DNA of 64,000 bases, taken from assembly GCA_050613775.1 (NCBI GenBank), contig JBODTK010000160.1:1-64000 (forward strand), written 5' to 3'. Every line of letters begins with the position of its first letter. Positions within the stretch are counted from its first letter, which is position 1. The notes beneath the pieces are model-generated. The model was not told the origin of the DNA. It saw only the letters and a program-made list of their open reading frames with translations, and ran no database searches. Position numbers and translations under genes: made by a program. Below, piece after piece: positions 52,465-63,267 of the stretch. The DNA is from Neocallimastix sp. 'constans' (lineage: Eukaryota).

Positions 52465-54053
52465 TTGCTATCGCTTCTAATATTTTGCTGATGAGGATTT
52501 TGATTATCAAAGTACCTAGGATTACTTTTATTTCTTATTTCCTCCATATTTCTTGCATTGTTGTAGTTATCATTGTTATAGTTGTCATAATTAGTATTAT
52601 TAGTATTATAATTATTATTTCCATAATTACTATTACTATTATAATTATTATTTCTATTATAATTATTATTGTTATTATACATATTATTGTTATTATAATT
52701 ATTATTGTTATAATTGCTATTAATATAATTATTATTGCTATAATTGTTATTATTATAATTATTATTGTTATTATAATTATTTTTTCCTCTATTGTTGTTG
52801 TTCCTAAAATTATAATTACCATTGTTAATATTATTATTATTGGAATTATTATTATAGTTACCAAAATTATTATTATTATTATTGTTACTGTTATTGAAAT
52901 TATTATTATTATTATTATTGTTACTGTTATTGAAATTATTATAATTACTATTATTGCTACTATTAATATTACTGTTATAGAAATTATTATAATTATTATT
53001 ATTGTTATTATAATTACTGTTATAATTATTATTACCATATAGAGTATTATAATTATTATTATTATTATTATTAATATTATAATTATTTCCATTATTTCCG
53101 TTATTAAACATTCTATTTCCATTATTATTATAATTATTTTCATTATAAAATCCAGAATTAAATTTTCCGAAGGTCATTAATTGATTCTGATCCTGACTAT
53201 AATTAAGAGATTTATTTTTATTTCTTAAATTTCTTTTGTTACATTCTCTTGCTTTGTGACCTGGTTCGCCACAGAGGTAGCAAGTAAAATTTCTAAATTG
53301 ATTATTATTATTGTTGTTATTATTATTCCTTGAATTAAATCTTTCTTGACGATATCGACCAGTAGAAAACAGATCAGCGTTGCCCACATAATACGCATTT
53401 TGTATAGAATTATCTAAATCCCTATTTCCTTCGGTCAATCCTCTATATAATGGATGTTCTAATAAAGAATTTTGACAATTAGAATTATTTTGGAAGACAA
53501 TAGAAGTGTTGAGAAATTCATTATTTCCTATGGTCCTTTTTTCGGCTTTCTCGGCTCTTACAGCCACTTCAAAAGCATCCGACAAGGTATCACATTCGGC
53601 TAAGAGAATTTGAGAATGAACATATATTCTTGATTTTATTGAATTTAAATAATCATCGACTGATATAATCTTCTGATAATCTCTATCTAATCGATGATAC
53701 AAGGTTAAATAACGGTAGTTAAAATTCTTTATATTTTCATTTGGTTTTATTTTCAGATTTTTTAAAACTGAGCATTTATCAGCTGGTTTTATATCCATAT
53801 ACTTTTCAATAGCTGATTGCACTTCTTTATAGTTTGGATACCTTGTGATATTATTCCGAGTGGTTACTAATGATTTCAAAACGTTCCTCAAGTCAGCCTC
53901 CACGGCTATTTTTAGCCATACAAAAATTCTAGATGAATCTTGGATGTCATGCATTTCCATGACACCCTTAAAATCTTCTATCCATGTGTCTATGTCTTTA
54001 CCATAGTCACATAGATATGGTAGATCACGTTTTACTTTGGAAGCGTCAACCAT
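52455..54053 (-). CDS. Element 1 gag with CCHC zinc knuckle and Asn-rich C-terminus
   Basis: CYLCGEPGHKAREC; located just downstream of the PBS. Confidence 0.9.
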   Translation of the reverse strand: MVDASKVKRDLPYLCDYGKDIDTWIEDFKGVMEMHDIQDSSRIFVWLKIAVEADLRNVLKSLVTTRNNITRYPNYKEVQSAIEKYMDIKPADKCSVLKNLKIKPNENIKNFNYRYLTLYHRLDRDYQKIISVDDYLNSIKSRIYVHSQILLAECDTLSDAFEVAVRAEKAEKRTIGNNEFLNTSIVFQNNSNCQNSLLEHPLYRGLTEGNRDLDNSIQNAYYVGNADLFSTGRYRQERFNSRNNNNNNNNNQFRNFTCYLCGEPGHKARECNKRNLRNKNKSLNYSQDQNQLMTFGKFNSGFYNENNYNNNGNRMFNNGNNGNNYNINNNNNNNYNTLYGNNNYNSNYNNNNNNYNNFYNSNINSSNNSNYNNFNNSNNNNNNNNFNNSNNNNNNNFGNYNNNSNNNNINNGNYNFRNNNNRGKNNYNNNNNYNNNNYSNNNYINSNYNNNNYNNNNMYNNNNNYNRNNNYNSNSNYGNNNYNTNNTNYDNYNNDNYNNARNMEEIRNKSNPRYFDNQNPHQQNIRSDSNLK

Positions 54054-54263
54054 TATTAATTAACTACTAAAAAAGGAAAAAAAAATGAAACAAAACTTAT
54101 ATTTAATACGTAATTTATTTTCTTATTTAATTCGACTTATCTCTAATATTATTTATTTATTTTTACTATTATATATATATATATATTTTAATAAAAAAAA
54201 AATTTTTTTTTTTTTTTTTTTTTATAATATTATTATTATTTTCATATAATTTAATAGTGCAGC

Positions 54264-54280
54264 GCCCGGATTCTCCACCA
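54264..54280 (-). promoter_or_regulatory. Primer-binding site of element 1, probably tRNA-Ala
   Basis: Minus strand TGGTGGAGAATCCGGGC is complementary to a ...TCTCCACCA tRNA 3' end typical of tRNA-Ala. Confidence 0.75.
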
Positions 54281-55915
54281 AAAATATGATACGATATATT
54301 TTAAATATTCGTATTTATAATAGTTTTGGGCGCTACACTGGGGAATTGTACTAAATTATATATTCTAATAATAATATTAATTATTTTATTTAATTATTTA
54401 AAATTTTTATTTTAGGATATTTGTTTTGTAATATTTTATTTTTATTTTATTTTATTTTATTTTATTTTATTTTATTTTATTTTATTTTATTTTATTTTAT
54501 TCAATCTGTACTTTATATTTAATATTCTACTATTTATTTTATTTTATTTTATTTTATTTTATTTTATTTTATTTTATTTTTATCATATTAATTAACTATT
54601 AATAATTATAATTTAATTATAATATTCTACAATTAATTACTTAAACAACTAATTTTATTAAAACTAATAACTAAACTACTATCTTAACTAATTAAAACAT
54701 TTTTCTTATATTAAATCAACTATTACTAATTAACATATATCAATAATTTTTTTTAACAAAAACATTTTTTTTTTTTATAATATTTTTTATATATTTTTTT
54801 TTATAATTATTATCTCTATATTAAATCATAATTGTTATATTTTATATAAACATTAATATAAAAGTTTATATTATAATAATTAAATTTTATACTATAATAA
54901 TATTATTTTATATGATTTATAATTAATATAATTCATCATTTTTATATAATTAATTTTATAATAATATATATTTTACAAACTTTATATAATTAATATAATT
55001 TAATAATAATTTTAAAATATCATTATTTTTCTTTTCATCTTGTATCATTGATGTTATGGTTCGGGTTTTATTAGAATTTTATTTAATTATTTATTTTTAA
55101 TATTTTTTTCTGTCTACATTTTAATTATTGAAAAACTTCACTTATTTATACTTTTTGAAAAAAAATAAATATGTAAAGCCTTTCTACATTTTATTATCAT
55201 ATTTAAAAAAAAATATTTACTATTACTAATTACTTAAAATTTTATATTAATTTAAATTAACTAATTCATAAGTATTTTTATTTTAATAAATTTTGTTTAC
55301 ATAATTTTATATTATTTTTCATATACTAAAACTAAATTATTTAATATATACGAAAAGTAACAAACAAAATTTAAAAAGATTTTACATAAAAATAAAGTTA
55401 TTTTAATCAAGAATGTTAATATAATATTCTTATATTTTATATAAAATAAATTTAAAAACTATAATATATTTAATATTTATTATTAATCAATTAAGATTTG
55501 ATTTTATTTGTGGGGAATAAAAATATAAAATAATCAATTTAAAAATAAAATAAAATACTAAAAAGAATACAAGTTTAATATTGATACAATATAATAATAA
55601 TATAATAATATATTTGAAAATAAAAATAAAATATTAATATTGATAATAAACACTTTAATAAAATAATAAAATTTAAGGTTAAATTATAGATATTGATATT
55701 AATAATAAAAATATAAAATTATTGATAATATTTTAGAAACTTTTAATAAAAATATAAAAAAAATAAATATATTTAGAAAATATTTTAGTATAGAAAATAT
55801 AGTAAAGTAATATTAAGTAAAGAATAATATAATGGATTCTAAAGTAAGTTGAAATTCTAATTAATAATCCATTATATGTTCGTTCTTTACCAAGATGCCC
55901 CCACTAAGACTCAAG

Positions 55916-58900
55916 CTAATCTATAGCTGAGTTATACTTTACTATATTTTTCAAATGAACATTACGATTCATTTGAATCATAGTATTTGGGTCCGCAAGT
56001 GTTACGGTATTAAATTGTTTTTTTATTACTTTTAAAGGACCGACAAAATAAGGTTCTAATTTAGAACGACTAAAATTTCGAACAAGAACTAAATCACCGA
56101 TTCTTATGTTTTTGGAATTTTTCATGCTATTTTTTTCTTCCCTTCGATTGGCCCAATATTTACTTGCGTTCTTTACATTTTCAGCTGCTTCCATGGTCCA
56201 CCTATAATGTGAGATAAATTTTTCTAAAAGAATTTCATCTGAAGATTTATTCACTCCTTGTGTAGGTCTAGCAGCAATGTCGAAAGGCTGTTGATCCTCA
56301 CGACCATAAACTAATTCGAAGCTAGAATGTTTGGTTACAGAATTCTTTGTAGTTCTAAGGGCCCACAAGGCTGAAGGTAATACCTCATCCCAGTCTTTAT
56401 TTTCTTCACCAAGTAATCTCAATAATTTACCAATTTCTTTGTTCCTATTTTCAACCAATCCATTACTTTCTGGGTGATAGGTAGTGGTAAATTTTACGTA
56501 AACATCATATAAGTCCAGGAATATTTTAGTCATATCCGATGTGAATTGAACGCCATTATCCGTTGTAATGACTTGAGGAACTCCATGTCTAGCGAAAACA
56601 TTTATTAAAAACTTAATGATGTCCTTAGATGTAATATTTTCAGTAGGTTAAGCCTCCACCCACTTTGTGAAATAATCCACCGCAACAATGATATATTGGT
56701 TTTTATTACCAGTTTTTATTAAGGGACCAATAATATCAAGTCCAAGATGAGTAAAAGGGCCTTCAACTTCTGTTGGAATGTTTTCGGTTGGTTCTGGATA
56801 TGGCTGAGGGCGATTTAACTGACATTTTTCGCATTTTGAAATTATCCGTTTTATATCGTTGACCATATCATTCCAGTAGTAACTTTTTCTAAGTCTTTGA
56901 TATGTTTTATAATAACCTTCATGGCCAACATGATGTGCTTCGAGAATTAATTTTAGTTTTTCATTTGTTTCGGTAACAAGTTTTCTATAATTATTTCCAT
57001 CTATAAAATAATCTATACCATCAATCTTTGTAAATTTTTCTTCAATAAATTCTTTAATTACTTTAGAAAGTGAATCATTTTCATCATCTTTATTCGTTTT
57101 TATAGCTAATACCTTTTGTTCTTTATCGTTCTTCATTCTAGATAAAGCGTCGGTTACTACATTCTTTTTACCTTGCTCATAACGAATATCCACTTTTAGC
57201 ATACTTGCAGTCAAACACCATCTTGTTTGTCGTGCATTATTCGGTTCCTTATTATTAAATAAACCTAGTAGAGGTTTGTGATCTGTAAAAACTATGGTTC
57301 TAAAGGGGCTTCCCATAATATAAGGTTTTAATTTAGTAATACAATAATATAAAGCCGTTCCTTCCAAATCGGTTATTCCATAATTCTTTTATGCTTTGGT
57401 TAAGCTACGGCTAATGAAATGAATCGGGTGTTCTATTTCCGATTCGTCTTTCTGCAATAAAACTCCACCAATACCTTCATATGATGCATCTGTTCGAATA
57501 ATGAATTCTTTGGAAAAATCAGGATATTTTAAAATAGGAGCATTAATTAATTTTTCTTTTAATTTGGTAAAACTTTGTTTTTGTTCATTATTCCATTTAT
57601 ATTTTACGCCTTTTCTTAATAGCTTACAAAGAGGAGCTGAGGTTTGAGCATATTCATTTATAAAGTTCCTATAATATCCTACAGCACCTAAGAATGATCT
57701 TAACCATGTATATTCGTGGGTTCTTTCCAGGCTTTAATTGCTTCAATTTTACTATTTTGAGGACTAAGACCCTTAGTAGAAATCTTGTGACCAAGAACTT
57801 CAACTTCCGTTTGCATAAAGTGACATTTTTCAATATTAATTTTTAATTTATGTTCCTTGAAGATTGCTAATACCTGCTTTATGTGTTGGATATGTTCTTC
57901 GACAGTTTTTGAATATATAAGTATATCATCAATAAAGTTGAAAACACATTTTCCGATTAAAGGAAATAAAATTCTATTCATTTCCCGTTGGAAGGTAGCC
58001 GGAGCTCCAGTTAATCCGAAAGGCATAACTTTGAATTGGTAGTTGCCAAATTTGGTTGTAAAACTGGTTATTTCAACACTTTCTTCGTCCATTAGGATTT
58101 GATGGTAACCTGAGTATAGATCCATAGTAGTAAAGATTTTGGCACCATCTAAACTGTCAAATATCTCGTCAATATATGGAAGGGCATAAGAGTCTTTTTC
58201 GGTTAGATCATTCACCTTGCGGTAGTCCACACACAATCTCCATTTTCCATTAGCCTTTGGGACCACAACAACAGGTGAAGACCATTCTGAATAAGATGGT
58301 ACAACTAGCTTTTTCTTAATAAGTTTAATTAGTTCTTCTTTAATAATATCTGATTTAAATTTGGTTACCCTGTAACATCTTTGTTTAACAGGTTTTGCGT
58401 TCGCTTTCAAGTTAATCTTATGAGGTGCTAAGTCTGACGGGGTTAATTCTTCAGAAGATGTCGCTATAATATCCAAGTTTTCTTCAAGTAATTTTACTAT
58501 TACATCTTTATAATCTTTACAAAGACTTGCTAAAAATTTTTCATCATGGATATACTCTTGCGGGGATAGACCTTCAAGTTTCTTTAATTCATTAGTTGTG
58601 TCTTCATCTTCAAGTATTTTCCTTACTATACATACTAATTTTTCTTCTTCTTGGAAATTATTATTAATAGGAGCTATAACGTCGATTAGTCCTTGAGAAT
58701 TAAATTGACATAAACTATATCTTATAGGATGGATAAAAAGATTGTGTTCTACTTGAGTTTGAAAATTAATCAACAAATCATAAAATGGGTCATCATCATC
58801 AATTATACGAAAATCTACTATCATTTTATAATCATTAATCTTAACAGGTATTCGTACAATGATTCCTTCTGAATACTCATCATTCTTAGTCGCTAAACGT

Positions 58901-60033
58901 ATCCTTCCACGACTAATACCTACTTCTTCATAATTTCCAGGTAATTTCTCATAAAATTTTTTTGTGATAACATTGAGATTGCTACAAGAATCAATTAGTG
59001 CTTTACCAGGAATTTCATCTACTGTTACATCAACCATGGCAATATCTTCTTCTGAGGTTTCCTTACTTTTGCTAATATAAGAGTGATCAATATTATTTAC
59101 CAAGGTAGCAGCAGCAATAGTATTGTTTAATGCACCTATTATTTTCTTTTCAGGTTTTTCTAATTTTAATCCTTGACTTACTTGACTTCTGACTTTTGGA
59201 GAAACATTGAGGAGCTGACCGAAACTAATATTACACTTGGTTTCATTCAAATCTTGTAAAACATTATATTCTTCCTGATCCTTACACATCTTGATGTTCC
59301 TAAGCGTTCTACTAATTGTTGCTTTTTCTTTAGGCTCTTGAAAATCTATGAGCTTCTGTAATGTAATATTCTCATGACCTTCGTCATTAAGCTTTTCAGG
59401 AACTTCAATAACTTCCATTTCATTGATTTGTTTTGTTTTAATAATTTTATCGTTTTCATTATCAATTAATTTATTTAATCGTTGATGCATTTTATCACTA
59501 GTAGTACTGATGCTATTTCTTTGTTTTGAAGAATCCAGACTTTGCTTTTCTCTTATAGTAATATTATCCTCCCTTTCCTTCCTTTTTCCCTTGTTATTTC
59601 CAAAGTTAGCTCTTTCTTTATTCCGAATTTGTTTTTCTTTGGCTTTCTCAATATTTATATTAGGCTGCGCCATTATCGAAGGATGTAGTTGATTTTTATT
59701 TTTAACAATTATTCTATTTTCTATTTCCTTCTCTTTTATCTTTCTTATTGCAGGAGTTGTTATAGGGGTAGGATTATCTTTGAGACTTTTACGTTGTCTC
59801 TTTTCATTATTTTCACTAGTTCCATCGTTAGTCGTCAACTTCCTTTTTGTCGCACTAACTATAAATTCTACATCATTCTCATTATCGGATTCTTTGTGAG
59901 TTTCATTAGTATAGGAAGCATCTTCTTTTTCTTCCTTATTATAATCATTTGTACTACTAGGAATGGATTTGTATTGTAATGAAGCTATTTTATTTTTATA
60001 GGGAGTGCTTCCTCTCCCTTTTAGTGGTTTAAA
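55916..60033 (-). pseudogene. Element 2 pol with one frameshift (~57700) and two in-frame TAA stops (~57390, ~56648)
   Basis: ALIDSCS, CVDYR, FIDD, TDASYEGIGG, TDHKPL, HHVGHEG, LDIIGP and NGLVENRN. Confidence 0.9.
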
Positions 60034-60914
60034 GATTTTCCACTATATAACCGTTTCTTATTTTCTTGAATAATTGCATTTAACTTAGGACAATTATACT
60101 GCAAATGTCCTGGATCGCTACAATAAAAACAGGCTTTAATGGTAAGATTTTTCATTTTTTTTGTTAAGTCCTCCAATTCGTAATCTTTATTTCTTTTTGG
60201 GCTTCTAACTTCATAATTCTCTCTTACTACCTTTCTGTTGTTTTGATAATTATTCCTGATATTTATTCTTGGGTTGACAATTTCAGTTGAGTACTCTTTT
60301 GAGGGTCTCAAATTCATTACTCTATCAACTTTTTCGGCAATGTCAAACGCCCGATTTAAAGAAATGTCATCCTTAAGGGAGACCTTTTTCCAAGCTTCTT
60401 CATTGTTCCTAAGAGCATCAATATAATCGAGAACACTGACTCGCTTCTTTCTTTTCTTATCTAATTTCAAATATATGGATCGGAAACGAGTATTAAAGTC
60501 TTTTACTCGCTCATTTCTTTTAATTCTTAAAGCACGGAGCTCACGAAGTAACATATTCTGGTCTTCTTTAAGACCATAAAAAGTTTCTATTGCTTCTACA
60601 ATTTCCTTTAAGGAAGGATATTCATCTTTTTTCTTTTCTTCTGAATCAGATTCTTCTTCTTCTTCGTCCTCACTTTCTGATTCAGAATCGGTACTGTAAC
60701 TTTCAATTAAATCCTGGATAACTTCACGAGGCTCTCCAGTAGACGTGAGTAAGCAGGCGGTAAAAATCTTTTTGGGATCAGTAACTTCCTCAAGTTTTAT
60801 CCATAATCGGATTTCTGATTCCCAAGATTTGATATCGAGATTTTCCTTTGAAATTTTCTCGATATCTTTTAATTCCTTTTTTAATTCTTTAAAATTGATT
60901 TTATTTTCAGCCAT
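60021..60914 (-). CDS. Element 2 gag with CCHC zinc knuckle
   Basis: CFYCSDPGHLQYNC; first ATG (MAENKINF) at 60914. Confidence 0.88.
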   Translation of the reverse strand: MAENKINFKELKKELKDIEKISKENLDIKSWESEIRLWIKLEEVTDPKKIFTACLLTSTGEPREVIQDLIESYSTDSESESEDEEEEESDSEEKKKDEYPSLKEIVEAIETFYGLKEDQNMLLRELRALRIKRNERVKDFNTRFRSIYLKLDKKRKKRVSVLDYIDALRNNEEAWKKVSLKDDISLNRAFDIAEKVDRVMNLRPSKEYSTEIVNPRINIRNNYQNNRKVVRENYEVRSPKRNKDYELEDLTKKMKNLTIKACFYCSDPGHLQYNCPKLNAIIQENKKRLYSGKSLNH

Positions 60915-61433
60915 TTGAAAATTTAAAAATGGTATTAATGCTATGATATCCAATTTAAAAATATGTTTACTTTAAAAATATATTTAATAATTATTAAAAA
61001 TAAATTTATCTTTCTTTTATAATATAATTATAGACTCAGAAAAAACCCTCTGACAATCCAATTCTTTATTCCAATAATAATTCAGACTCAGAATCTCTCT
61101 CTGAAAATATAATGAATTAATTCAGACTCGAAAACACCCTTCGAAAATCTGAAACAAAAAAAATAAATTAAAATTCAGACTCAAAAACGCAATTTGAAAA
61201 TCTGAAGCTTTTTATTATGAATTTTAATATTTATTATATTCTCTTAGGCATTAATACACAGAATATGTATATCCTAATTTTTTTTTTTTTTTTTTTTAAT
61301 TTATTTGTAGTAATAGTTTCTTTATTTAATTTTATTTAATATACTTATTTCCTTTATTAAAATAATTAATATAACATTAAACAAATTGTATAAATACTTA
61401 AATAATAATAATAATATATATTTATTTTTATTT

Positions 61434-61473
<40 letters not shown>

Positions 61474-62130
61474 TTTGTATATATTTATATTCTATTAATT
61501 CTTTGTTATAATATTTAATAAAATATTAAATAAAAAGTTAAAATACAAGCCAAACTATATAGTGTTGAACCATCAAATATATAGCTTGTTAACCCTTCTT
61601 ACAATAAGTCCCCTTAGCTCTTTATTGATAAGTTGATAATGTCGATTGTTAATTATTAAGAAACTTAATAAAAAGAAGGTAGCAATATTAAATTCTTTTT
61701 AATTTGGCTAACTTATTGTTAGTAATAAAGAAGATAATAACGTATCCTTCCCAGTATCAACAAGATCAAAACAATAAAGTATTATGTGTGGGTGTTCAAC
61801 TATCCCGCGTAGAGAGTTGTAAGACAGCTTATTTATATTTTTCTTTTTAATTAAAATTTAATTAATTATATAACGAATAATAGAAAATTTAACACACACA
61901 AAAAAAAATTTCAATTATAAAAATTTCAATAAAAAAAAATTTAATTATATAAAATCATAAAAATAATACACTTATTTGAAAAATAATAATAATAATCTAA
62001 TTTTATATATTCTATATATATATATTGTACATGTATATATAAAAAAAAATAAAATAAACTGATAAACATAAAAAATTACAATTTATTATTTAGAATTATT
62101 AATATAAAAAAAAAAAGTTTTTTTTATTTA

Positions 62131-62171
<41 letters not shown>

Positions 62172-62324
62172 CCTATTTTAATAAAAAAAAATTAAAAAAT
62201 TTGTACTACAAAAAAAAATTTTGCTTATTATTTTATCATTAACTAAAAAAAATTTTTTTATTTTTTTTTTTTTTGTTTACATATATAAATCTAAATCTAT
62301 GATAATATTATTGGTTAAAAAAAA

Positions 62325-62355
<31 letters not shown>

Positions 62356-63250
62356 TTTGTTCTACACTAAAGAAAAATTTAATTTATTATTTATTAAAAA
62401 AAAATTATTAATGAAATATTTATTATTTTAATAAAAGGAAAAATATATATATATTTTTTTATTGTATTGCAAAAAAAAAAAAAAAATAATAATAATAATA
62501 ATAATAGGCGAACAAATTTATAAAAGCCTAAAATAAAAATAAAAAAAAAAAAACTATATATTTTAACGTCACTTCGCAAGAATGACCAGGGTTTTATCAG
62601 GGATCGAACCTGACCCACCTCTTATTTTCTGCGCGAGTGAACAAACTATCACCTGTTGAAGTGTGTAGTTGCCTTCAGCGTGAAGGTTTTATAGTTCTAG
62701 GGCGTATTTGCCTAATTGTCAAGGATTTGTTCCTTGAGATACTCGCGTTTACAATCTACAAAACCTTGCAAAATTGTAAATAAGAGTTTATGAAATTAAT
62801 ATCCTGCAAGCTAACACTGTCTTACTCGAATATTAACTTCGTAAATTTGTTAACTTTTTATTATTTTTTTTTATTATTATTTTTTTTTTCTATAATCTAT
62901 AATTAAATAAAGTTACTACAAAAACTAAAGTTTTCCAAAGTTTTCCAAAGTTTTTTTTTTTTTTATGATAACTTTTATTATTATTAATATTAATATTAAA
63001 TTATTAATTATTATTATTTAACAAAACTTATGGATAATCTGATAGTATACCCTGTCTGACGTGCAGCTTGCCTCTTCACGGCGTCATGCCACGCGGGTAC
63101 CACGGCTACTGTATTCAATATAAAATACAGCAGTCCAGAGCCTACTAGCCCAATTACTATGTAGGTTAAACTTAGCCCGGAAATCTATATCCAAGGCTTT
63201 GTTAAATAATTTAATTAATAAATAATATTAAATTTTATTTTTCTAATATT

Positions 63251-63267
63251 CCCCGATATCTCCACCA
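63251..63267 (-). promoter_or_regulatory. Primer-binding site of element 2, probably tRNA-Ala
   Basis: Minus strand TGGTGGAGATATCGGGG, 7 nt inside the LTR end. Confidence 0.75.

Larger units (their letters stand above)
44910..55047 (-). mobile_element. Full-length Ty3/Gypsy LTR retrotransposon (element 1); 761-bp LTRs at 44910-45670 and 54287-55047; 4-bp TSD TTGA
   Basis: The LTRs have equal length and look identical by eye, with TGATAC...GTATCA termini. TTGA at 44906-44909 and 55048-55051. Domain order gag-PR-RT-RH-IN. Confidence 0.95.

Noticed and set aside
51439..53143. Poly-Ile ORFs on both strands
   Set aside because: Alternative-frame and antisense readings of the (AAT)n Asn tracts in gag and pol.
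63050..63150. HDV-like ribozyme
   Set aside because: A P3/L3-like motif is present but P2 and P1.1 could not be built, and it is antisense to the element. Kept only as an unassigned structured island.
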